Under the pieces are notes generated by a model. The model saw only the letters and a list, made by a program, of their open reading frames with translations. It ran no database searches and had not been told where the DNA came from. Source: Candidatus Latescibacterota bacterium (GTDB taxonomy: Bacteria; Latescibacterota; UBA2968; UBA8231). From it: a DNA stretch of 64,000 bases. The first letter of the stretch is position 1. The number at the start of each line of letters is the position of its first letter. Positions 16,941 to 24,903 of the stretch are shown one piece after another. The translations under genes were made by a program, and so were the position numbers. Location: contig JAJDVZ010000157.1 of the NCBI GenBank assembly GCA_022825835.1, positions 50,322-114,321 on the forward strand. Direction: 5' to 3'.

Positions 16941-17004
16941 AGGTTATTTCTCCGTATTGTCGAACATTACCGTTGAGCTGGACCGGCTGCTCCGTTGGCG
17001 GCTA

Positions 17005-17709
17005 TCACGATTCATCGAGTGACCGGCGAAGGGTCGCGGTCAATTTCTGACGGAAATCGTCGTCATTATCCCTAGACTTAGACCAAATAACGGTCGTGCA
17101 GTGATTCGTATCGAAGTGGGTTCCATCTTTGCTCTCAAATTTTTCCTTTTCGCAAATATAGATGACAGGCTTGCCTAGACCCTCTGCGTAACCAGCCTCC
17201 CAGTACGCGCCATTGTTGCCGTGAGTAAGATCGGCAATGACGAACTTCGCGTCTCTGATTCGGACGCGCATGATATTGTCGATGATACCCGCCTTTGGGA
17301 CATCACGCATATCAACTAGACTGCAGCCAATATCCTCTTTCACCGCCGGTTTCACAACCTCCCGAACAAAGGATTCGAGATCGTCATCGTTGAACTGCAT
17401 GGCGAGGAAACCGTAATTTCCAGCGAACTCACCTCGTTTTTCCGCTTCGTACTGTTTCCATCCGGCAAGGGTAAGGTTTACATTCGGAAATCTCGGCCCG
17501 AGTGTCTCTTTGCTAGGTTCTCCCATTATTATGAGGTCGTGTTCATACAACTCTTTAATGAGTTGCTTGGCCAATTCCTCACTCGGAGCACCAATCTTCT
17601 TGCTGATTCTGTCAATATGGGGGATTGGTTTGCCTGATTCCGATACTTGGTCTCCAATATATCGAATGAGATTCATCGCCTGCACCGCAGGACTTGTGAA
17701 TTCGCTCAT
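17005..17709 (-). CDS. wHTH-like N-terminal domain fused to a nucleoside 2-deoxyribosyltransferase/TIR-like (SLOG-superfamily) domain
   Basis: FLAMQFNDDD...KFVIADLTHGNNGAYWEAGYAEGLGKPVIYI matches the NDT-family signature. ATG 17709 has an AAGGAA SD; the alternative ATG 17748 overlaps the MTase gene end. Confidence 0.65.
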   Translation of the reverse strand: MSEFTSPAVQAMNLIRYIGDQVSESGKPIPHIDRISKKIGAPSEELAKQLIKELYEHDLIIMGEPSKETLGPRFPNVNLTLAGWKQYEAEKRGEFAGNYGFLAMQFNDDDLESFVREVVKPAVKEDIGCSLVDMRDVPKAGIIDNIMRVRIRDAKFVIADLTHGNNGAYWEAGYAEGLGKPVIYICEKEKFESKDGTHFDTNHCTTVIWSKSRDNDDDFRQKLTATLRRSLDES

Positions 17710-17734
17710 GTCGGTTCCTTTTGCTAAGAGTGGC

Positions 17735-19995
17735 TTATTCGCATCCATTCGCTAGGTTAAGTGCCAGCAGTTTTCCTAACGACTCGTCCTCCGAAATACC
17801 TGCATCCCATCCATAAGCCGACGCCACAGCCGCGTCGAGAGTCGCGTGTGCATCCTTGAGCCATTGAGGGCGGGCGTTGTACAGATTGGTCAGCGTCCGC
17901 TTCTTGAGTTCCTTTGCCACCGCTTCGTCTCGTGGAACCGGACACTTGGGATAGCCGGGCACCGGCTCGTCCACCCATTCCACCCATTCGGGCGGGTTGA
18001 GCCAGCGGTCGCGCAGTTCGACTAGTCGCCGTGCTGCTTCGGCGATGGCAACGGCACGCGGATCACTCGCGTAATCCGAAGCCGGAATGTCGGGCGACAA
18101 CCCTTCTGGGAAGGGGAAGGTCTCGAAGGTGGTGGTCGGCGTGTAGCGCGGATCGTTGCCCTTGCCGAGCCATGTGCAGAGCCGCAGCGACCATGCCTCG
18201 TGGAAGCGACTGTGCAGGATGCCGAAGGTGGTGTCGTCGTCGCGGGCGATGACGATCAGTTGGCAGTCGGGATAAATCCGGGCATCAAGCCACGCGAACA
18301 GTCTGTGCTTGGCAACGCGCGGCGTGGCGATGTAACGGGGCAACACGCCAATATTTTTGAACATGTTCTGTCCTGACCGGTCGTGTCTCCACCATAGGTC
18401 CCGCAAGTCCTCGCGATTGTTCTCGTCCCTTGTAGGCTTCACGTGTTCGAGGATGTGCGCGAACGGTGTCTCGTAAAGTGCGGCGTCAGCTTCGCTTGTC
18501 TTATGTCCAAAATCGACAATCCATTTGCCAGCAGGCCGACGAGTCACATCCATACCGTTGAACCATGGTCTCAGAACATCGGCGTTGGGACGCCCGTTTG
18601 GATTCGCGGGCAGACATAGCCATTCTCTAGCCAGATCTCCCGGGACGTCGAAACGCCCCTTCTTATAACCACCGATAAATGCCGTACGTCGGTTCCGTGG
18701 CAACTTACCCGCTTTCGTAAGATCGGCAGGCTCAGCGGTAAGATCAGCGTTGATCTGGAACACGTCGCCTCCGTCCAGACGCGCCGATAATCCGGCTTCC
18801 TCAGACGCGAAACATATCAACGAGACCCTCACGTCGGCACCATCAACTACCCAGGGTTCATCGGACCAAGCATCGAAAATCGCTGCCTGTTCAACTATCC
18901 GGTCAAGTACTGTTCGATTCTTCCCTCCTCTAATCGAATTCGTGGCGACGAGACCGGCGCGAGAGATCTTTCCCCGATCTACTAGTTTGCCTCCCTTATG
19001 GAACCAGTAGCAGACGAGGTCGGCGGAGGCTGGAATGGCGTTGGTGTAGCACCGGCGCAACTTATCAGTATAGTCGCCGCCGAGGACTTCACGCATGGGC
19101 GAATAGCCTAAGAACGGCGGGTTTCCGATCACCACGTCGGCTGCCGGCCATTCCGGTTCTTCGCCGTCTGGGGTCAGGATCGCATCGCGGCATTCGATGG
19201 TGTCGAGCGGCTTGAGGACTGGATTGTTCGTCCCAGGATAGCCGTTGCGTCGCATCCACTGGATATGTCCGATCCACACTGACACGCGCGCTAATTCGGC
19301 GGCGTAGGCGTTGAGCGAGCCATGGCGGCGAACTCCTCCGGCTGCTGCCGCGCCTGCTCCAACATCCGCGTGAACATATTGTTCGGCAAAAGGCCCACGT
19401 CTTCGGCGAACATGCAGAACACCAGCCGATTGATGAAATGCGCCACCGCCTGCGGGTCATGGCCGCGTTCTCGCAAGGCTTGTGCCAGCAACGCAAAGGC
19501 CGAGGCCGCCCGCTCGGTGAGCGCCTGCCGGGTCTCGTCTGGCCGCAGCCGCTCAGGGTCGGATAGTGCCCACTTGAGCTTGTCGCGGACAGCGGCATCG
19601 GCTAAATCGTCGATCTCGAATTCGTGGGTCTTGCTGACGCTGTTGGTCCAATTGGTGCGGATGCGGAACTGCCGCATGTCGGAGACGATCAAAAGCGGCG
19701 GGTTTTCCAAAGCCAGCGCGTATTGCCTAAGTTGGTCAAAGGCCGCGTCTAAGTTGGCACGCGGGCCCTTGTACTCCCAAGCGAAGCAGTGTCGCTTCCA
19801 CACGTCGGCCCAACCATCGCCGCCGGTTTCCTTGCGAGCACCCTTCTCAAAGCAGTACGTATCGCCGGTAGGGTCGGCCTCGGCCGGGGTTGGCTCGCCG
19901 AGCAGCCGGCACAAGTCGATGAAGTGCTCCTGAGCAGCCGAGCTTTCCTTGAGTTCGACGGCACGCCACTTGGTAATGAATATCTCTGGAGTCAT
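17735..19995 (-). pseudogene. MmeI-family (type IIL-like) restriction/N6-adenine methyltransferase gene, split by an internal out-of-frame deletion
   Basis: The N-terminal ORF (19291-19995) has DVWKRHCFAWEYKG (PD-ExK-like) plus a helical connector. The C-terminal ORF (17735-19285, different frame) starts at NAYAAELARVSVWIGHIQW and has motif IV VIGNPPFLG. No AdoMet motif I (DPxxGxGxF) occurs in either ORF. Confidence 0.7.
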
Positions 19996-20010
19996 GGTGC
20001 TACGGTCACT

Positions 20011-20103
20011 AGCCGCTTGAAGCGGGCGAATGCTGCAAATGGGATTGGGGTGTCGGTCTGCATAGCGGCTACTAGGTGATCATCATCTCGCCACCAAGCT
20101 GAA
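20011..20103 (-). repeat. copy B of the hydrolase-gene 5' end plus ~40 bp of its upstream region
   Basis: Hand alignment to 15668-15761 shows one 1-bp indel and about 15 mismatches. It encodes the relic MQTDTPIPFAAFARFKRLV. Confidence 0.8.
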
Positions 20104-20109
20104 TGACAG

Positions 20110-20640
20110 TTACCTATTCAGCACCTTTTCCTGAAACTGCTCGTACGCCTCATATACGTCTTCTGGATCGGGAACAACCGGCATTGTGCGAATCCGACCG
20201 TGTGCATACCAATTCCGAAACCCGAAGTATCCCTTGGTCACCGAGCAAACCCGCCGAAACGCCTCGTCGATGTCTCGGAAACATTCTCGTAACTTGTCGA
20301 AGATCCGCTCAAGGGGAATCCGCCTACACGCCTGAGTAGCCTGTTTGCCAACTTGACGGGTCTCACGGCGATATTCCGCACACAGATCGCGATACGCTCT
20401 GCTTACTCTATCGCGCTTTTTTCGTTATAGAGATACGAGAAAATCCTCTCGGATACCTGCCTCCAAGAGCGTAAGGAGCTTGAACGCGTAGTCCTTGCGT
20501 ATCTCCTCAAGCAGGTCGGCACGAAACTCATCGCGCTCAGTCGGTGTGAAAGATTCGAAATGCTCGTCGCCGAGGTCGCGCACATTTTGTTGGAGCAAGA
20601 CGTACCATTCGAGGAGCGAATCACAAGTGAACTCGCTCAT
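20110..20640 (-). pseudogene. HEPN-like (R-N-W-Y-A-H) protein gene interrupted by one in-frame TAA (20425-20427)
   Basis: The frame from ATG 20640 reads 71 codons to a TAA, then stays open for 104 more codons to TAA 20110-20112. The second half contains GYFGFRNWYAHGR (an Rx4H motif) and no internal ATG. Confidence 0.65.
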
Positions 20641-20642
20641 TT

Positions 20643-21107
20643 TTACTCTTCTAGGAACTCAGCTAGAAATTCCTCTAAGGTGCTTTTATTGAATTCCCAC
20701 CGTGTAGGTTTCCCGTATCTACCCTCTCTCTTCGCAAAGTCCCACTCGTCATTTCCTTTATGCAGCAGCATTGCGAGCAGGGTGCTGCCCGAGATCACAT
20801 CGACTCGCCCTTGAGTACCTATAATAAAACGTCCGACTGGTCTGAGGGTGAGTATCTGGCTATCTAAAAAGATAAGTCGTAGAGATTGGGCTTCGTAATC
20901 TCCAAGCTGGTCTTCCCGAATCGGAATATTCTCTGACTGGATTTCCAGCCAGTTTTTGTCTTTAAGAGGCTGTAACCACTCAGCTATCTTCGACATGAGC
21001 TTTTCGCAGTTGGCTATCCATTCCTGACGAACTGCTACATGTTCAAATTCCGACGCTTCCTGTTGTTCTTGTTTCTGCTTCAGTATGTCCTCAAGTAGTT
21101 TGGCCAT
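20643..21107 (-). CDS. hypothetical protein (154 aa), upstream operon partner of the HEPN-like gene
   Basis: Strong SD (AAAGGAGAG) before ATG 21107. Its stop lies 2 nt before the HEPN-like ATG. I recognise no family. Confidence 0.65.
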   Translation of the reverse strand: MAKLLEDILKQKQEQQEASEFEHVAVRQEWIANCEKLMSKIAEWLQPLKDKNWLEIQSENIPIREDQLGDYEAQSLRLIFLDSQILTLRPVGRFIIGTQGRVDVISGSTLLAMLLHKGNDEWDFAKREGRYGKPTRWEFNKSTLEEFLAEFLEE

Positions 21108-21250
21108 TTATATCTCTCCTTTGCTGCAATTTGAACGAGATATTGTCTGCCGTCCAAGACCGAGACCGCACGGTTAGCGGTAAGGCAGTACGCTTTCTCA
21201 ATATCCGACCGATTGGATTGCTTCGCAATGGTCGGACCGCCCCCCAGCTC

Positions 21251-21336
21251 GCAGTGCAGCAGCGGCTTCTCGGAGGTGAGTCGCTCAAAGCGGGCGAATG
21301 CTGCAAATGGGATTGGATAGTTGATCGTCATAGCGG
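21251..21336 (-). repeat. copy C of the hydrolase-gene 5' end (27 codons)
   Basis: Ungapped hand alignment to 15640-15725 with about 12 mismatches in 86 bp. It encodes MTINYPIPFAAFARFERLTSEKPLLHC and then diverges. Confidence 0.8.
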
Positions 21337-21445
21337 CCTGCTTGAAGCGAGATTGGCGACTGGGTAGATTGACTGAATGAGGTTGTCCAACATATCACGC
21401 GCCCCGCACTCGTTCAAGCCACCTAAAAACCCAAGGAACCCTCCA

Positions 21446-22786
21446 ATGCCTCGTCCCAATATCCTCTTCATCATGGATGATCAGCACCGCCACGACTATC
21501 TCGGCGTTGCCGGTGCCGACTTCCTGCGGACGCCCAACCTCGACCGCCTTGCCGCCGCTGGCGTCCGCTTCACCCAATGCACCACCAACGCTCCCGTCTG
21601 CGCACCGGCGCGGATCGGCTTGGCCTCTGGCCTGCAATCGAGCCGTCTCGGCTGCTTGGACAATTCGGGGCGGCTGCCCTCGGGCACCACCACCTACTAT
21701 CAGCGGCTACGCGACGCCGGCTATCGCGTCGGTTGCGTTGGCAAGCTCGACCTGCGCAAATCCGATGGCTACAATGGCCGCTACGGCGACCGGCCCTACG
21801 CCTATAGCTGGGGCTTCACCCATCCAGAGGAATGCGAGGGCAAAATGCACGCCGGCTCCTCGTCCACGCCGATTGGTCCCTACACGCACTACCTAGCCGA
21901 CGAAGGGAAGTTGGCGACATTTCACCAGGACTATCGACAACGGGCTGCCACCAGTTGGATTACCGACTGCCGCGATTCGCCGCTGGACAGCGCGGACTTT
22001 GAGGATGCCTATATCGGTCGCCGCGCTGCCGAATGGATCGCCAATGTACCCGACGACTTCCCTTGGCACTATTTCGTCAGTTTCGTCGGCCCGCACGATC
22101 CCTTTGACCCGCCGACCGAATACGGCGACCGCTACCGCGACGCGGCAATGCCCCCAGCCATCGACGACTCCCTCGCTGGCAAACCCGAGTGGATCAAAAA
22201 ACGCGCCGCATACTTCGCGCGCGACCAAATCGCCCAAACCCGCCGCCAATACTGCGCCGCCATAGAACTCATCGACGACCAGATCGGCCAGATCCTCGAC
22301 GCGCTCGAGAAACGCGGCCAGCTCGACAACACCTATATCATCTTCTCCTCCGACCACGGCGAGCTGCTCGGCGACCATGGGCTGTACACCAAGAGCGCCG
22401 CGTACGAGGCCAGTCTGCGCGTACCGCTGATCATCGCCGGACCGGATATCGCCGGAGGCCGCGTCTGTGACGCGCTGTGCGAACTTATCGACCTCAATGC
22501 CACGATATGCGACTTCGCTCAGCTCGCGCCGCAGCAAGATATTGACGCCCGCTCGCTGCAACCGATCCTCGACGGCCAGACCGACACCCACCGCCAAGAG
22601 ACAGTCGCTGCTCTGCGCAACTTCCGCTGCATTCGCACGGGTACGCACAAATACATCCAGAATTACAACGACTGCGACGAACTCTACGACCTTGAACAGG
22701 ATCCCGACGAGTTGGACAACATCGCCGCTACTGCCCCTGATGTGGTTGGCGATCTCGCGCGTCGCTTACGTCGTCGTTTGGGCTAA
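21446..22786 (+). CDS. arylsulfatase-family sulfatase (formylglycine type)
   Basis: MPRPNILFIMDDQHRHD and the CAPAR (CxPxR) nucleophile motif. ATG 21446 follows AAGGAA; the track ORF starts upstream at 21377. Confidence 0.85.
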   Translation: MPRPNILFIMDDQHRHDYLGVAGADFLRTPNLDRLAAAGVRFTQCTTNAPVCAPARIGLASGLQSSRLGCLDNSGRLPSGTTTYYQRLRDAGYRVGCVGKLDLRKSDGYNGRYGDRPYAYSWGFTHPEECEGKMHAGSSSTPIGPYTHYLADEGKLATFHQDYRQRAATSWITDCRDSPLDSADFEDAYIGRRAAEWIANVPDDFPWHYFVSFVGPHDPFDPPTEYGDRYRDAAMPPAIDDSLAGKPEWIKKRAAYFARDQIAQTRRQYCAAIELIDDQIGQILDALEKRGQLDNTYIIFSSDHGELLGDHGLYTKSAAYEASLRVPLIIAGPDIAGGRVCDALCELIDLNATICDFAQLAPQQDIDARSLQPILDGQTDTHRQETVAALRNFRCIRTGTHKYIQNYNDCDELYDLEQDPDELDNIAATAPDVVGDLARRLRRRLG

Positions 22787-22828
22787 AGCGGCCACAAGGG
22801 GGAAACCCCACAATTTTCCTAGGATTTG

Positions 22829-22856
22829 GTAGGGGCGATTCGCGAATCGCCCCTAC
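22829..22856. repeat. perfect 28-bp palindrome GTAGGGGCGATTCG/CGAATCGCCCCTAC between convergent genes (REP-like or bidirectional terminator-like)
   Basis: The 14-bp arms are exact reverse complements. The right arm contains the TAG stop of the RraA-like gene. A second copy lies at 46167-46195. Confidence 0.7.
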
Positions 22857-23554
22857 GATTGGTTTGCTTTCCAGGCTTGGTACTCGGCCAAGGTCTGCTC
22901 GTCGGGGGGATAGGTGCCGACGATGCTGGCTCCGGCGCGGATCTTCTCGGTGATGAAGCGCTCCTTTTGCTCCATCTCCTCGGCTTCGACGGCGACCTCC
23001 TCGGCCAGATGCGCGGGTATGACTACGACCCCTTCTCCGTCGCCGACGAGGATGTCGCCGGGGAATACCGCCACGCCGCCGCAGGCGATAGGCACTTGGA
23101 TTTCGCTGGGGTGGTGGATGGTTTTGTTGGTGTGGGCGTTCATGGCCGCGGCGTAGGCGGGTAATCCCGATGCGACGATAGTCGGCGAGTCGCGGTAGGC
23201 CCCATCGGTGACGATCCCCGCGCAGCCCCGCACTTGTAGCCGCGCCGCTAGGATGGATCCCATAGTCCCGGCGCGGGTGTCGCCGCGTGCATCAATGACG
23301 AACACGTCGCCTGCGGTTACTTGCTCAATGCCGATCCGCTGCACGTCCTTCAAATTGTCCAGTGGAACCTCGTCGAGGTCTTCGCGCGCGGGGATGTAGC
23401 GCAGGGTAAAGGCCCGGCCGACCATCTGCATGTCGGGCGCGAGGGGCGCGACTTGGTGCATAAACGTGTTGTGCAGTCCCTTGTTGCGGAGCACGGACGT
23501 CAAGGTCGCCGTGCTAGCCGCCTTTAGTTTTTCGCTCAATTCGGCAAAATCCAC
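22853..23554 (-). CDS. RraA-family protein (RNase E regulator / HMG-aldolase-like fold)
   Basis: 233 aa with VFVIDARGDTRAGTMGSILAARLQVRGCAGIVTDGAYRD, typical of RraA/DlpA-family proteins. Confidence 0.7.
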   Translation of the reverse strand: MDFAELSEKLKAASTATLTSVLRNKGLHNTFMHQVAPLAPDMQMVGRAFTLRYIPAREDLDEVPLDNLKDVQRIGIEQVTAGDVFVIDARGDTRAGTMGSILAARLQVRGCAGIVTDGAYRDSPTIVASGLPAYAAAMNAHTNKTIHHPSEIQVPIACGGVAVFPGDILVGDGEGVVVIPAHLAEEVAVEAEEMEQKERFITEKIRAGASIVGTYPPDEQTLAEYQAWKANQS

Positions 23555-23566
23555 AATTCGCTCCTT

Positions 23567-24625
23567 TCAGCGTATCTGCCCGCGGGCGTCAACCGGCCAG
23601 ACGGCTTCCACGCGGTCGCGGCGTACGGCAAAGATCTGGTCGTGTTCGTTGAAACAGGGGCAGGGATGAACCGGCAAGACCTGCACCTGCTCCCCGATTT
23701 GGGGTTTGTCGTCGCAGGCCGACAGATCGACATGTCCGTGTTCTTCCGAGGCTCCGGAGAACACGGCTTGGGGGTACTCGACGATATGGCCCATGATGGA
23801 CGCGCCATCCTCCTGACGGTGGACCGCGGCGCTGAGCGACTTGCTGCCCCCGTCGAGGATGGCGCGGTCCGCGGTCGGTCGGCTGACCACGGTCATCAGC
23901 ACCCGACCTGCACATTGTTCGACGCTGTGGGTTCCCCGGCGGAGATGGCCGACGCCGCCGACAGGGTACTCGCCGGCCCGGTACTCGGTCAGTTCGGGAA
24001 TCTCGTGCGCCATAAACGCGCCCGGAGTGCTACCGCCGCTGACGATGGGATGCGGCAGGCCCTTGCGGTCGAAGTGCGCGAGCGTCTCTTGGATTAGCGG
24101 CCGCATGTCTGGAGTCGCTGGCATGGACATGATGCCCCGGAGTTCGATGTTGGGGGCTTGATCGATTTTTTCGCCGAGGGCTGCCGCCGCCCCAGGCGAG
24201 CCTACGCCCGTGCGGCCGCGGTCGAGTTCGACGACCACGCCCACGGTGACATCCGCTGCCGCAGCGGCATCGGCTAGCCCCTGCACGGTGTACTCGGAAT
24301 CGGCCGCCACGGTCAGCCGGGTGTCCCGAGCCAGCGCGACCAGCCGCGCCAGTTTTTGCGCGCCGATGATGTTGTAGGGAATCAGGATGTCGCGACCGAC
24401 CCCGCCCTCGGCCATGACCTCGGCTTCCCCTAACTTCTGGCAGGTGATGCCGATTGCCCCGCGCCGCATTTGCATATGGGCGATGGCCACGCACTTGTGC
24501 GTCTTGATGTGGGGCCGCAGGCCAATGCCGTGCTCGTCAAAGTAGCGTTGGTAGCGGTCGAGGTTGTCCTCCAAGCCGTCGAGATCGACGAGGAGAGCGG
24601 GCGTGTCGAGGTCTTCTATGCGCAT
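23567..24625 (-). CDS. D-TA-family / alanine-racemase-N-domain PLP-dependent enzyme (D-threonine aldolase / D-serine dehydratase-like)
   Basis: GLRPHIKTHK carries the PLP lysine motif. ATG 24625 follows AGGAAAGG; the track ORF starts at 24676. Confidence 0.7.
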   Translation of the reverse strand: MRIEDLDTPALLVDLDGLEDNLDRYQRYFDEHGIGLRPHIKTHKCVAIAHMQMRRGAIGITCQKLGEAEVMAEGGVGRDILIPYNIIGAQKLARLVALARDTRLTVAADSEYTVQGLADAAAAADVTVGVVVELDRGRTGVGSPGAAAALGEKIDQAPNIELRGIMSMPATPDMRPLIQETLAHFDRKGLPHPIVSGGSTPGAFMAHEIPELTEYRAGEYPVGGVGHLRRGTHSVEQCAGRVLMTVVSRPTADRAILDGGSKSLSAAVHRQEDGASIMGHIVEYPQAVFSGASEEHGHVDLSACDDKPQIGEQVQVLPVHPCPCFNEHDQIFAVRRDRVEAVWPVDARGQIR

Positions 24626-24903
24626 GGTGGCCTTTCCTGATGGTAATTTCTGGTGATCAATGTCTAGGATTTGCATCGTAAACGCAACGAGTACAAGCTG
24701 CAGGAAAGCTGGAACACGGAGACCATACAGCTAATTTGCCGATTTGACTATGTTCAAAAGGAATTATATTACTTGACTAACGGACCAAAACTCCCTATTC
24801 AATGACTTTTGCTGTACCCAAGGACACTGCAGCGGGCGAAACTATCGCCAATCAATCATCTGACCAAAGAGGCAACCGAGTGATCCACTATCTGGATTGG
24901 TAA

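Noticed and set aside
20103-20339. 78-aa + strand ORF.
   Set aside because: It is antisense to the 104-codon open continuation of the HEPN-like frame, which carries the RNWYAH motif.
20425-20427. The in-frame TAA as programmed read-through or recoding.
   Set aside because: There is no obvious recoding context, and TAA is the least leaky stop. A nonsense mutation or a base-call error is more parsimonious, although read-through cannot be excluded from sequence alone.
21080-21331. 83-aa ORF as a genuine gene.
   Set aside because: Its first 27 codons are a copy of the hydrolase gene start, and the rest is read-through into cassette DNA overlapping the 154-aa gene's start region. It is best explained as a junction relic.
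5712-21336. Integrase, transposase, IS ends or a tRNA target at the edges of the accessory patches.
   Set aside because: I scanned all six frames of the listed ORFs and the intergenic DNA around 5.7, 12.1, 15.7, 21.3, 24.7 and 26.6 kb. I found no DDE, tyrosine- or serine-recombinase-like motifs and no terminal inverted repeats. The only tRNA (35.9 kb) sits in a conserved core block.
24744-24778. Two TTGACT hexamers upstream of the orphan pair as promoters.
   Set aside because: The spacing to the best -10-like hexamers (TATATT, TATTCA) is 15 or 17 nt with weak matches. This is plausible but too ambiguous to annotate as a feature.
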